Shown here: piece by piece, positions 26,401 through 58,729 of the stretch
Numbering within the stretch: position 1 is the stretch's first letter
Layout: each line of letters begins with the position of its first letter
NCBI GenBank assembly: GCA_964035545.1
Contig: OZ037767.1
Span: 14,369,801 to 14,433,800 of the forward strand
Source of the DNA: Bugula neritina
Lineage: Eukaryota > Animalia > Bryozoa
Length of the DNA: 64,000 nucleotides
Direction: 5' to 3'
Made by a program: the position numbers and the translations under genes
The notes under the pieces: generated by a model
The model's database searches: none
The model's input: only the letters and a program-made list of their open reading frames with translations
What the model was told of the DNA's origin: nothing

Positions 26401-28683
26401 ACTCTGGGAAAGGGTCTATTACATTAGAAAAGTGGTGAGGTGGAATACGTACGACGGTGATGGGATACTTGGGGTTCTGCACTACAATGACAAGGATGTT
26501 GCTCTCCATGTGCTTTGGTCCGTTGCCCATTCCGGAATCAAAGTCGGGCATTCCTCTACGAATACATGAAATATCATGTGAGGGTTTGAAAACAGGATAC
26601 AGTGCTCTCTCCGTATTTCACTGAGCTCTGGTCCTGAAACCTTAATCCGTGACAGAGTAAAACACCAAATTTACTTCACGAATCCATAAATTCCGGCACT
26701 TTGTCCCTATACACATACATAGACCACAAAACAGGAGTCTAAACCTTTCTTGTGACCTATGGAATTTCATGAGAAATGGATCCATAGGATCTTTGCAGAG
26801 ATTTAAAATTTTACAAGAGATTTTCTGCTGTCACTATCTTTTAACTACAGAAACAGGTAACTCGTACCCTGAGTTAAACACAATGATAAAAAACCTACTC
26901 TGGTCGTTTGATGGAGTCACTGGTGGAGAAGTTGAAGAAAGCTGGATGGCCGCAGACGTAGATGGCGCTAGACTCGGCATACCGCACCACCATCTTGGCA
27001 GCGTCTACCGACTCCATCTCCACCAGAGCCTGTCTGTTTCTCGGGATCATCATGACGTAAGTGACTCGACCAAACTGCTTCACGGCGTCTACAATGTCGT
27101 TCTGTGTGGCGTACTCCTTCAGTCCACGAACATGTAGTACTCGTGAAGGAGGAGCATTGTGTCTCTCTATATCTGGCTGAAATGATTCCAGTGATTAAAG
27201 ATTATTATAAATTATGGCTAAAATAAAAATTCCTTGATGACATTTCAGAAAGCTGAATATTCATTATATCAATACTGAAAACAAAACTGTCTCATAAACT
27301 TATTTTGAAAGTATATATACAATGAAGTAACACATTTTTAATAATACTCGAGTCTTTTTTACACACATCGTGTAAATTTAGGACATTTTTATTGCAAATT
27401 CTGCAAAAAAAATGTCTATTTTCCTATAAAACTTACGTTTTTCTCATAAGTGCGGACTCCACCGCTACCTCCGCCTCTACCGACACCAGACTGAAACCTA
27501 TCTTCTCGCCTACCATCCCCACGACCACCCCTCGACTATGAAAATGAACAACTCACAATAAACTATGAATCTGCATACAACACAAAGTAACACTAATAAA
27601 CACATAAACAAGACCGGCGAGCTAACTAATGTCAAACTAGGCGAAATATACTCCTGGAACCTGCGCTATAAACTGTTAATATCATTTTTCTGTTTTCTAG
27701 AATTGCTTAGCAATTGCCATTAAACTTGAACTTGTCCCGTATGCTTTGAGTGTAATCTTTGACACACTAAGTCACAGCGACTCTAACCAAAAGCCGTAGA
27801 GTATAAGTATCATTGTAAGACTAAGTGTAACTTAAATTGCAAGTGTATCGCATAAGACAAAGTTTTAGTTTGACTGTAGTTTGTACCAGTACTGTAGTAT
27901 AAGCTTCAGTATTAGTATGCCCAAAACACCAACAGGCACTCACACAGTAATGACTAATGAGTAAACACTAGAACTAGATGTTCCTGAAAGTGAATCAAGA
28001 AGAATATCAATGAGTATGACTATCATAAGTCACAAATTATTAAGTATAACATTAACTACAACCTATAAGTATAAGTATAACTATTAAATTCAATACAATT
28101 AAGTTTAACTTGAAATGCAAGTGTAACTGTAACCTAAACTCAAACTGTTGCTGAAAGTGCAAGTACTACTACTAGAGCCTTAGAGTTAGTCTAATTACTA
28201 ATAGTATTACTGTATTGCTCTTAGTAATTATTGCTGGCAAAAAAAAACTGTAAGCGAGTAGTACTACTACTAGGTCTAGTAGTAGTACTAGTAGTAGTAG
28301 ACGAGTACTATTAAAACGCGCACTTTGCTAAGTGTTGGTGTCATCATACCTAAGGCTAATGGTTGAAAGTTTACTTCATTCCAAAATTTTATTTTCATGA
28401 GTTACTGAATTGACTTAGATTGATTCCTTCCAAATAATACACCTAGTTAAATATTGGAGTTTATGTTTATACCTGTACTTGTAGTGATAATCTTAATCAT
28501 AATGATGAAAACAAAGCTATTACTTTTGAAACATAAAACTCAAGATATACTGTGTTAGAAAGTGATTACTGCAAACAACAGCTTAAAGTTACAATGCAAA
28601 ATACATTTCTGTCTTACACTGAAGTCAGAGCGATCATTTCTGAATTTTTTCTGAGGAGGACCGTCATCTCGAAACCGATTCAT
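20433..28683 (-). CDS. HNRNPL: hnRNP L family protein (4 RRMs), 13 exons, 639 aa: 28683-28618, 27535-27437, 27176-26899, 26555-26453, 26359-26177, 25960-25876, 23641-23501, 22991-22882, 22459-22381, 22221-22034, 21673-21401, 20991-20781, 20536-20433
   Basis: PSRVLHVRGL..QALVEME..AFFNFSTS (RRM1); NPKYPITVDVIHTI..ALNGCDVYSGCCTLKIE..RLNVMKND..DYTNP (RRM2); VLLVYGL..NCDKLFNIFCIYGNV..LADGSPSAKEY..NNRF (RRM3); VVHFFNAP..LKLSFS (RRM4). Phases consistent (1920 nt). Confidence 0.93.
21181..21412 (-). repeat. 22-bp minisatellite (10 copies) spanning the hnRNP L exon 11 donor
   Basis: Sense unit CCTCCCACT(A/C)AG|GTACACTTTA; the copy at 21395-21412 contains the real donor. Confidence 0.95.
22485..22640 (-). 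mobile_element. SINE related to family A, same body but a different 3' tail
   Basis: GGATTCGAATTC (B-box-like) then GGCCATTGGTGATATCAGGAAGGGCATC..TAATAGCTCCTGTG, followed by a GC-rich tail not shared with the other copies. Confidence 0.55.
23186..23379 (-). mobile_element. SINE family A copy with an internal deletion
   Basis: Shares CACGCAAGTTTATAG..GGCTAAGGACTTATTCATAT..GGGTTCAAACCCA..CCCCTAAACTACGG with the 56901 copy. Confidence 0.75.
23909..24068 (-). other. Candidate 160-nt poison cassette exon in hnRNP L intron 6
   Basis: Acceptor TCTTGACTCTATACAG|, donor ACG|GTATGG, GC-richer than flanks, in-frame TAG at 24015-24013. Confidence 0.45.
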
Positions 28684-28689
28684 TTTGAC

Positions 28690-28860
28690 TGATAGTAATA
28701 GCGCAACTACTCGCATAATCTCGCGACAAAGAGCCAATCCAACGCGTTTCTTGGACAACAATCCCAGCGTGCAACCCGGTTTGAAATATAACACTATTTA
28801 GACCAAATTCTAAAGATTTGTTTTGAGCACTAGCGGTTATACTCAACGCACCGAACACCT
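28690..28860. promoter_or_regulatory. Probable bidirectional promoter, hnRNP L / CEP128
   Basis: CpG-containing patch just upstream of the hnRNP L ATG with TCTCGCGACA (28719), CCAAT (28734) and GACAACAATCCCAGCGTGCA (28754, ZNF143/Staf-like). The first CEP128 coding exon is preceded by an acceptor at 30642. Confidence 0.55.
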
Positions 28861-30651
28861 TGTGTTTAAATAAAAATATAGGTTTAAAATTTTGTTTGTG
28901 AAATTACTATTAATATTACAGCTTTAGTTTACAGTTAGACTTGGTTACACTTACCGTTTCAGTTTGTCATAATTGTTATGAGTATGTTATTATTGTTTTG
29001 TATCTATACTACACTGCATTATAAATACTTTTATTTCAGATTTGTATAAGGCTAGCAGTTTCAGTTGCGTTGGTTAAATGAAAATCAAAGTAAAAGATGC
29101 TTACAGTTAGTGTTACACTTACACTTTGACTTTCACTTTGACTTTTTGATATTCACAGTGACACTGACAGTAACTTTCATTTTGGGTTTGACACCATGGC
29201 ATTCACGATGACTAAGTGACTAACTGTAGCAGTTACATTTCGACTTATTGTGTTATTGTAACACTTGCACTTACAGTTACAGTTACTCTTGGTCGTACTG
29301 TAACTCTAACTGTTACTGTTAGACTTACTCTTACTCTTAGAGTTACTCTTAGTCTTACCTTAGTAATAGTAGTTAGACTAAGACTCTAAGAATAATTAAT
29401 TCTTATTCTAATTGGGTTAGGCTTTCATTCAAGTCAGTGTTGCACTTGTGACTTAGAGTTAAACTTAATCTTAGTCTTACTATTAGTTAACTCCTAGAGT
29501 TACTGTTAGTCTTACACTAACATTAACTTGAAGTTAAAGTTAATGTTTCAGTGCGTGTAAGTGTTAGTATAGTAAATAGTATTACCAAGTCACTGTTGCA
29601 GTTACTCTTTGTATTACTTTTAGTTTAGTAGGAGTATTTTATGGTTATATTATCATAATGATAATGATAATTACCGTGAGACTCATACTGATGGTGATAC
29701 TTATAATCATAGTCATACTGATAGTAAGGTTTAAAGTTAACAGTATACTGATATTAATACTACTACGGATCTTGATAAAGATTAGATTGCAAATACTGTA
29801 ACTCGTTGTTATATTGATATGGACATTTCATATAACAACATAATAGTGTGTAAACTTATTGATAGTATTGTAGTTTTGTGCATAACCTTGTGATTTGGTG
29901 CACATACTTGTTTGGCTGTTAGTTTGAGGTTCAGGTTCAGGTTAGCTTCAGTTCTCATATGTTAAGTCATTAGCTAGGTATCCTGTAAGTGCAATAAACC
30001 TTCTAAATTACGGTGCCAGTGTGGTGGTACTTCATAGTTTAGTCTTGTAGGTTGAGCACTCACTTCCATTCATTTTTCCCAAATGCAATCATCCTTTAAT
30101 CTTGTTTCCTTTCTCCACACACATCTCCATTCATTCTTATTCACTGTATTTTGATTGTTTGGATGGTTGCTTTCCTTTAAGAAACAAAGAAAGTATCGCA
30201 TGTGTACTTGTACCAAGTTTCCTGCTCTTAAAGTAACACAACTCTAAATGAATCAGACTTTTAGTTCTGCCTACAAATTATACACTCGATGTTTACATAA
30301 AGGTAAACAACTAGGATTGAAATTACTTGATATTAACTTATTTTTGTATTCGTTTCATTTTAATCAAACTGCTCTAATCACTGTTGATTTCGACTCATTA
30401 GAAACAAAAGCCCAGATTTCTTTTCCTTTGCCTCAATAAATAAAATTGATTCTGTTTGGCTTTCATTCTGACTGAAAAATAATTTCAGACTCAGGTTTTA
30501 TTTCAATTGAACTCTTTCTGTTGATTGAATAATACTAATAAATTGTTGAAACTTAGTGATACTAATTTCTTGTTCTCATATGTATAAGCTTCACACACCT
30601 TTCCTACACACAATATATGATGATACTTGGATATAATTACAGCCATGTATC

Positions 30652-44749
<14,098 letters not shown>

Positions 44750-45057
44750 GACACTTAGTCTACGTTCTTCCAAACTTATGGCCACATTTTGCTTATTTTG
44801 TGAGAATTTAAAGTTTTTAACTCGTGAATTTATACTTCCTGAATCAATGGCATAACTTGTATATTATTTGTCAGTTTGGGAAATTGAATTTTTGTAATTT
44901 TTTTATTTTGAACAAACTGTGTAATTTCTTGGACTATGCAAATATTTATTTGATATTTTAGTTACTAGTTGCCTGCTACTAACATGGATGGTATAGAATT
45001 AATTTATAGCATTGTTTTACTATGTTTATTTATATTAATATCTTGCCTCTTATACAG

Positions 45058-45580
45058 TTATAGAATATGTGGAGCATGTATAGCATATAGAATGTAGCAC
45101 ATATAGTATAGAATATGGAGAATAGAGTATGGATTACATAACATATAATGTAGAATATCAAATATATAATATAGAACATGGAATATAGAATGATTAGGTT
45201 TATAATATAGAACATGGAGTGTAGAATATAGAACATAGAATATGGAATATAGAACATAGAATATAGAACATGGAGTATATAATATAGAACATGGAGTATA
45301 GAATATAGAACATAGAATATAGAACATGGAGTATATAATATAGAACATGGAGTATATAATATAGAACATGGAGTATAGAATATAGAACATAGAATATAGA
45401 ACATGGAGTATATAATATAGAACATGGAGTATAGAATATAGAACATAGAATATGGAATATAGAACATGGAGTATATAATATAGAACATGGAGTATAGAAT
45501 ATAGAACATGGAGTATATAATATAGAACATGGAGTATAGAATATAGAGCATAGAATATGGAATATAGAATGTAGAATAGA
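45058..45580. repeat. 7-mer-based satellite (TAGAATA/TAGAACA/TGGAGTA) downstream of the CEP128 stop
   Basis: Directly visible; source of three spurious minus-strand ORFs. Confidence 0.93.
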
Positions 45581-48166
45581 AAGGTTTGTAGCCTTGTTAG
45601 AATGTTTTGTATTTACCATTTAATTCTGTTCCAGTTTTCTAGACTTTTGTGTTGAATAATGCAAATGATGTTAACATGTGTGTCATGTTGGGGTTTCAGT
45701 GAAATTATTTATTGTTTTTCTTTTGTATTTTATTACGAATCCAGGTACTGGTTATACTAGCTTATGGATTGCTTTTTCATTTGATAGTCATTTTATACCA
45801 AAGTGTCTTATCTTAATCATCAAAACTGAAGTTATGAGTTCAACTTTTGCTACTGAGTGATTTTTCAGGTGATATAAATAAAAATATTATACCTTTGTAA
45901 TTGAAAGACTGCTTTTTTTATTTAAACAATCTTCTATGAATTAACAAGACTTTGGAGTCACTTCTTGAAAGGTTATAACTTGTATGTACAACATTTATAA
46001 CAGATTATTCTGACTATAACATTTATTATTTTTAGTAAAGCATGAAAAAAAACTGAACCTAATTTCAACTTACACAATGAAATAGTAAATGTGTGGAATA
46101 TAAATATTTAAAATGAAATAACATAGTTGGAACCTTATAAAGTGAAATTAGCACGGTAGCATTAAATAGTATAAAATTATTATTATAACTTATAAGTGCA
46201 TGTGTACTAAATTAATTGACTCATCCAACTATATATAATGAGCCCACAACTAACCTACCATGGATAATGTAAATTGATAAATAAATTACAACTGATTAAC
46301 ATCATTATAAATTTATTAAATAATTAATACTATATATTAAGAAGGCCCACGTTTACAATAATTAATAGTAGTTTACATTACTGCTGCTTCAATTCAAGAC
46401 ATATTAAAATGAGCACATGTTGGCTATACTACACAGTGCAGTATTATATTATTTTCCTACTACTTGAAAGTCTGCAATGGCATACTGTTTTATATGCAAT
46501 TTTAGGTGTTGTTTTTGGAATTTTCATACAATACATGTGTATTATACTACGTTACATTGTTATATTGAACCATGTTATTTATTGTCATATTTAGTGATAT
46601 CATATTGCTATATATATTATATTAGATCAGTTTTTATATTAGATTTGTATAGCTTTGTCTATAAAGTTTTAATATAAAGCAGGTTGCAAGCTCAATCAGT
46701 AGTCAGGTGTATATGTAACAGTTATGCTGTGTGCAGTTTACAAATATAAATGTAGTTCCATTATATTTTACATAACCTATTATTCTGTTAACTATTGTAT
46801 AGTAGTATTTATATACATACAAGCTGCATAATCATGCGTTTAAATGTCACTACAACTCTTATCTAACTTGGTTACCTTATAATATTAATATTATTTTAAA
46901 ACAAATGTAAAAACTGATAAGCTACAGGTGTTAATCATAGTTTAATTACTTATAGTTTTAAAACAGCTTACACATCATATAAGATATTATGAAAATATGT
47001 ATATGAGCTTATATACACTAATATTTGGCAATAACTCACTGTACAAGCTATTATAACTGCTGAACCTATATTTCTTTCCTTTCCTGGCTACTCTACACCA
47101 TATATTAAATATTGTTTTTTTAAAACACCAAAGTATAATGTGTGTATACTGTTACAGTTTTGATGTACAAAGCTCCCATTGTTGGTTCAAAATGTTCTAA
47201 ATAAAAAATAAAGCAACATTTTTTGCTGGTATTTGATTACCTCAATGGATGCTAGTTGTTGTTTGGTAAAGCTAATATTTGTGTATTTTACCTTTCATAT
47301 ATAGTAACAGCGTGCTGACTGTATACTCAATTGTTTGCTTATTCTTCAACCAATTGAGTTGGCTTCATTACCTTAAGTAAACACTGGTGTACAAAGCGCT
47401 AGCTATGATACTCAATATCTTTGCACTTGGAAATCAACGACCCCATTGGACAGAATTGTATATATTAAACAAACGGCATTTGGTTAACATAAAGATTATT
47501 GCTATCAAAGCATCCGTTTATTTCAAATAAATTATTGGCAGTAGCTGAGTGAGTGTAATTAGAGTTGGATTGAATACAGCAGTTGAGCTATTCTTTTCTC
47601 GAAGTACTGCCATTACATCAGCACAAACAGGTTAGCAAGTTTTCTAATTTTAGCAAATATTTTGGTTTTTCAGGTGAACTTTTATACGTTGTTTAAAGAC
47701 TCGTCTTATATGTAGTTTATTAAATAGAACTATTTAATATTGCAATACATTGGTTTTACAAAAAGCATCCTGAAATAGTAGTTCATTTGTCTAAAGCTTT
47801 ATGCATGCCTTTTGTAAGTACAAAAAAATTTTTTCCCTTGCAGTGTATATGTATAGAGATTGTAAAGTCAACTATTACAGTAATTTGAAGCAACTTACAA
47901 TCATGTAATAATATAAAATGAAAAAGAGGAAAAATGACTTTTTAAATGAATCAAACAAAATTTTAGAAAATAGTTTTTGCACGCAGGTTATAGTGAATAT
48001 ATATTTAATTATAACATCATGTCCAGAACGACCTATATGACGTTGTATATGTCATCAGACTTCATTAGTATGTTTATATTATGTAGTTAGGTTTCTTATC
48101 TATCCATGTTACAATAAATAATATAATTGGGTAGCTTTTTTAAGGGATGGCAAGATGCAGCACAAA

Positions 48167-48252
48167 GTTTGGGGTCACTGCATGCAGTGTAAAATATACA
48201 CATCACTGTTCAAACCCCAAACCCCTAACCACTGCATTTAGTGACCCCAAAC
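48167..48252. mobile_element. Small inverted-repeat element
   Basis: GTTTGGGGTCACTGCATGCAGTG mirrored by CACTGCATTTAGTGACCCCAAAC, enclosing AAACCCCAAACCCCTAACC. Confidence 0.55.
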
Positions 48253-50483
48253 AAGTATATATCATTTTAGTTGTTAAATTTCAAAGAAATTAGTTTTATG
48301 AGCCAGCACCTGGGTTTGAATCTTTTCAACCTAAGCTCCTTAGCAGGGCATAGTGTTTATTGAGTTAGTGCTGGAAAAATTCAAGCTGCATGCATACTGT
48401 TGGCAATCACTAACTTTTTGATATCATATTATGATTATATATCCAAAAAAGAAGTTATGAAGCAATTCACTTTCAACCATCTAACTTCTGATGTCTGAAA
48501 AGTCATGAGGATTTTAGTCTTTAGTATCTAGTGATCAACCATTCTTTTCCAGTACTAGTGTTATATACAATTGTAATTAAAGTTTCAAGAAATGTAGGTA
48601 ATTACATTAACCATTAATTCAGATTGAAAGCTATCAATAAGGTGTGTCTATCATTTACTCAATTTATCAATTATTAATCTATTTTCAATTTATAGATTTA
48701 TGCTTCTGTTGTCAACTAAGATGCCCAAGAAGTTGTGTAATTCTCACATACGCCACAGCAAGTATTATGTAGTTTCAACATGTTGAGCTATATTTTCTCT
48801 AGGTTTCCTTACCCCCCCCCCCTCCCGCTTCTCGTTAGCCTAAGATATAAAGTATATTCAAGCGATTCACCACCAGGTTAGTGTGTATTATATTCCCACC
48901 ACCCAATCAAGTCTCCTATATATTAATTTACAAAGCAAACAGAGTCTTAAATTAAGTTTGTCATTGATATAGATGTTTTAGTCCTTGCTGGTTTTAGATT
49001 TAGTCGACAGTTCAATAATATGAAGATAAGTTTTTGACCGAGTTCTTATAGCCAAAGATGAAATCTTCACCGCAGGCAATATAAATCTACTCTCAAAGTG
49101 CATATACCCTACCAGGATGTGTTTATTTAATTAGACACGTAATCATTACACAAACAATAAAGTAATTCTGTTATAGCAATCTTAAATACCCTAAGGGATA
49201 GCCTTAGCTTACAGAAGCATGTCTTTTACATAGTCTAAGTTCTACTCCTATTTGGTGAGTGGATAGGCTAATCATGCTTCAGTGTAATATAATTAAATCC
49301 TCATTATAGAACTGAACTAATTGTTATATCAATATCTTGTAAGGTTGAATTGGTGATTGGTTAATATAAACTACATTACATATTGTTGTCAAGTGCAGAT
49401 AAACCAGGAAATTAAAATTTTCAGTTACAAATAACAAATTAATTCTAATACATGTTTTATAGAACTATTTTACTGTAAAAACATATTGGAAACAATAGGT
49501 AAGAATATATAAAATGCATTTTGAAATAGGTTTATTAATGTTTCAAATGGAATATTATAATAAATTTGAGCTCAGTCCCTGATTTGAAATTAAATATATT
49601 TAAATATAATATTGGTATACTATATGGTATTATGATAGTATTGCAACTTAACATAGTGTGATACAATATTATGCAACTTAAATGTTCAACAGACTTTTTT
49701 CAGTATAAAACCAGTTAAATTATAATTTCTAAGTATGTATTCATTGTATATTATTGCTGCATTCAAACCCTGGCAAAGTAATCTTCTAAATGCCATCCCA
49801 AGCACTGAAGGGTTTAGCTACACTGTTATTGCTATATTCACAATATTATTATGTATTATTTTATTGTTGCAATTAATGAGTATGTAGACTCATACGTATA
49901 GCCTTAGGTTAAATGAAGAAAGAGATAAAGCGTTGCAAACACTTGAGTATGTACAATAGAAGTCAATTATAGTTCTCACCTTTAGATGATATCTCATCTA
50001 AAGGCCAAATCATTTCACTTTCCTTTGCACTGGTAATCAATTATTGATGTTTTTGATATATTTCTCTTTGCTGTGCATTGACCTGTCTGGGTGGAATTGA
50101 CTATTACAGTGTAGAGATGCATTCAGCCATCAATGGTGGCATATTGAGTATATATTTTAATTATTAACAGGATGGTGGAAAATTGAACTTGATTATAAAA
50201 GGAAATTTGTTTGCTCTCAAGCTGAATGACATTTCTATTTGCTTACAATTGGTCTTATCACTAGGAAAAGTGAGACTCAACTAAAACTCAAGTCTGAGAA
50301 ACTTTTCTTGAGTAACCCAAGTATCTCTTATGTAACCACTTCGTCTAATACAGAGTGTTTTCATTCTTTTAAATAAGAACTTTTATTAGCCCAAGTTCTT
50401 TAGCTCGCTTTAGAAGTTTGGTTTGCAATTTGCATAGTTATTAAGTTGAAACATAATTTTGTTTGCTACATTTTTCATGTAAT

Positions 50484-50600
50484 GTGTAGTAGTGTGGAGT
50501 TTACCCAGTAGTCCAGTGGTATGATGGTTAGCATTTAGCGCGCCTGCTTGCAAGCCAGAGGTCTTGGGTTCAAACCCCATTGAGGGCAAATTATTTTTCA
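50484..50600 (+). mobile_element. tRNA-like dispersed repeat, family B
   Basis: GTGGTATGATGGTTAGCA (A box), GGTTCAAACCCC (B box), AATTATTTTT; homologous to copies at 51514 and 62165. Confidence 0.65.
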
Positions 50601-51194
50601 CATTTAAACACAAACTATATTCTAATTACTCCACCTGGCTTATCATCTAAACCTTGTATCAATATGCAATAGAACATTTCAGGACATAGTAATATATACC
50701 ATGCCTTATTATAATGGAGTAATTAATGCAAATGATGATATAACTATTTTGAGACATAAGCTTGTTCATATGAAGCATACATGTAGATATTATACAGAAC
50801 TTAGTATTATAATTACTTCTAAGTTATGCAATATATATAGTCACAGAAATGACATAATATAAAGTGCACGATATATTGTTATATGAAATACATACATTTA
50901 TATACTCTTCAGAATGTTTGCTTACGAATGCAAATATAAAATTAGGCTAATTTTCTGTTTAGTTATCCACAGATTTTGCTTAAAGAAAAATATTATTGCA
51001 AATTGTGTTTTGCAAAAAGTGCTTTCTATGCACTGCAGGCGAAGAAAATATTCAATAGAAAAAATATGTATATACTGCATAAGATGAAGTTAATATAAAA
51101 TTATAATTTAATATAATATAATTTCAGAGCACAACTTCAAATTCAAGATAATAGTAACTTATTTAAATACTGTTATTATTGCAGACGTCTCAGT

Positions 51195-52328
51195 ATGAGT
51201 GAGTCACGGCCAGAAAGCACCATTGCTTCCCTCAGTGACATCACCACTAGCAGCAGAAGTACAGCTTTGAGACAGAAAGGGAAATATATCAGGTCTCCTA
51301 TGTACCTATCACTGCATTCATCAGAATCAACTTCTTTAGCCAATGACACGAGAGGTGACAAAACGTGGCTGCCAAGTTCTGAGACAGAGGTAAAATCATT
51401 CTTCACTTCTACCAACAGCATGTTTGAAGCTATAAGCACAGTCACATCTATGCATGCAGTAGTTTTAAACTACACAACACTTTTAAACAGATTGGAAATA
51501 TTCTGTCTTATAAAAAATAATTGCCCCCACTGGGAATTGAACCCGAGGCCTGCGGCTTGAAAGCAAGGGTGCTAACCATTATACCACATTTCATCACCGC
51601 ATGTTTAACTATAAGTTCAACAAAAATCAAAATGCTAAAATATATTAAAAGAATGAACCCGTGAGTTTGGCTTCATAATTTACAAACTTAAAGATGTCCA
51701 TATATTGTTAGCATACATAAAATGTTACATTTTTATTAGTAGGTGTAAGCTCTAGTATATGCTACTCTATCTCAAGATGTCTAAATGATTTTAGAAGAAT
51801 GAAGCTAAGTTACGGAAAGGATTTCTGCCGCTAATAAATGGGTCATCACTGTCTGCATCAAAGAGCACTTCCTCCCACACACTAAGACTCTACAGCTCCT
51901 GCGAGTATTGTATGGGGACACCGAAACTTGTCACCAGATCCCAGAGCCTCTCAGACTGCTGGACTCGTGACGGCAACCCTCACCAACCAATCAGATGCTC
52001 TCATAGACACCATCAACCAATCACATCCTCTCATAGAAACTATCACCAGAAGCAACTTGATAAAAGAAAACTGACTATCAGTCACTCAGCTCCTGCGATT
52101 ATTCAGCCGTTTGAAGAAACGTTATTGCCGACTCACAACATATTCTTTGCTGGTCGTCCACCTTCACCAAAGATCCCAAAAATAGAGAAAGCAGTTTGTG
52201 TGGAGGCCTTGACACCCGTCTTGAGTACAACAAAGAAAACTAGACCGGGTGCTAAGAAGGTGAAGTTTGTGGATGAAGTCAACCGGTCAAACTATGATAA
52301 CAGGAAGTCAGCTGTTCTAGTCAACTAA
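51195..52328 (+). CDS. Putative two-coding-exon orphan gene, 242 aa, Ser/Thr-rich, C-terminal KKVKF motif (51195-51389, 51795-52328)
   Basis: Donor GAG|GTAAAA and acceptor TTTTAG|AAG join the two ORFs in phase 0 without stops. Acceptor at 51184 and an exon-like segment at 48803-48876 suggest a spliced 5' UTR. Confidence 0.6.
51514..51587 (-). mobile_element. tRNA-like dispersed repeat, family B
   Basis: Minus strand GTGGTATAATGGTTAGCACCCTTGCTTTCAAGCCGCAGGCCTCGGGTTCAATTCCCAGTGGGGGCAATTATTTT. Confidence 0.65.
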
Positions 52329-53969
52329 GCGATCCATTCAATTTTGTAGAGATTTTTGTAATATTTTGAAATTTTGATAAATCTAATACATTAATGGTGA
52401 TAAAAATAGCATATTTTAGCACCTTTTATTTGCTTTCTATTAATTAGTATCTCTTTTATTATATAAAGTATTAAATAATAAAATGTTGTCAACAGTTTAT
52501 TGTAGAAAGTCTGGATTTGGTCTATTTTTGAATTACAAAATATAATGTACATAAATAATAACAATCCTATTTATGTTATCTTATGTGAAAGTCATATACT
52601 AAAAATATACATTTGCCATGCATGTAAGTCATAGAGCTATATATTTTTATTACAGTCAGAAACATGTTATGTATCTAAAATACAGTGCCTAAAGATGTTT
52701 CTATATTTATGTATAGACTTAATAAATTATTTTTATTACTTCTTTTGCTCTTAATTTATTTCTGCATTTTCTTCAGATATTGGTGATATCAAATATATTG
52801 GATGAATAGCAAACCAAATATTGTGTAACATACAAGACGCCTAGCTAACACTCAACCTATAGTTTGTCTTGTACATTTACTGTAGTTCTTTATTTAAAGC
52901 AAAGGTAAACATTCTATTTCACGACTATAATTACATCTATTTGCCTGGGCAATGTTCAATATAAAAACTACATTATATACTGTGCATTAATTAGGTAACA
53001 GTACACTAAATAAGCAGACATTTTGTTTAAGAACATATTGATAGGTAATGCATACTATAGAACCAGTGTTACCCACTCAGTGCTTATAGACACCTGCTCT
53101 AGTAATCATTTCTAGATAGAGTAGTATTGTATTACTATGTTGGCGTACCATGCAACTAATTTTACTCAAATTCAAATGACTAATTATTTCACTTATATAA
53201 TATGTCAATATATAATAGCCTATAGGCTATATTATAAATTACTATATAGTAATTTATACAAATTGGTGATGAATGCATTTAGAATCAGCTTATATGTTTA
53301 AAATTAGCTTTTGTATAGAATGATCGAATGTGTACTGCTCCATATGTATTTTTTCAATTTTCAGTTAATGTTTTCTGGGTTTATATGCAGCTTTAAGTTT
53401 ATGCTGTAGATATTGACATCCTGATTTAGCAAGAAATATGTTTTTGTTTTCTTTGGTTTTGGGAATTCCAATGCACTGTTAGTGTTACTTTCTGACTACA
53501 CTCACATTGTCACTTGTACCTACATAATTTACATGCATGTGACATACGATTTTCAGACAACATAGAACTGTAAGTCATAATTCGCGTCTAGCATTAAAAG
53601 TATAATTCATTAGATTTTCTTATCTTTATTTGAATCATTTTAATGGCTACTGTGGAATAGTTTCATTCAAAATGTGTAACTTTAGTTTTGAATTTATATA
53701 ACCTAACAACTGGTATAGCTTTTCAAGTTTTACGTAGCTCATTGTTGACAAGAGGATATTAGTGTTATGGGCTCATGCATTATACAATACACTCTTTTGT
53801 TTTCTAATGAACTTTTAAATATTGATTTTCCCAGGAAAAACACAAAAAGTTGATAATTATAGCGCAGGAGCTTAAATTATTTAAATATTTATTTCTGACC
53901 CAGTATTACAATATATTATCAACAGATCAAATGCCAGTCCAATTTCCTAGATCAAAACGTATAGATTGT

Positions 53970-58719
<4,750 letters not shown>

Positions 58720-58729
58720 TTTGATTTTG

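Noticed and set aside
45030-45619. Three long minus-strand ORFs (MFYILYS repeats)
   Set aside because: Products of a 7-mer satellite with no coding signature.
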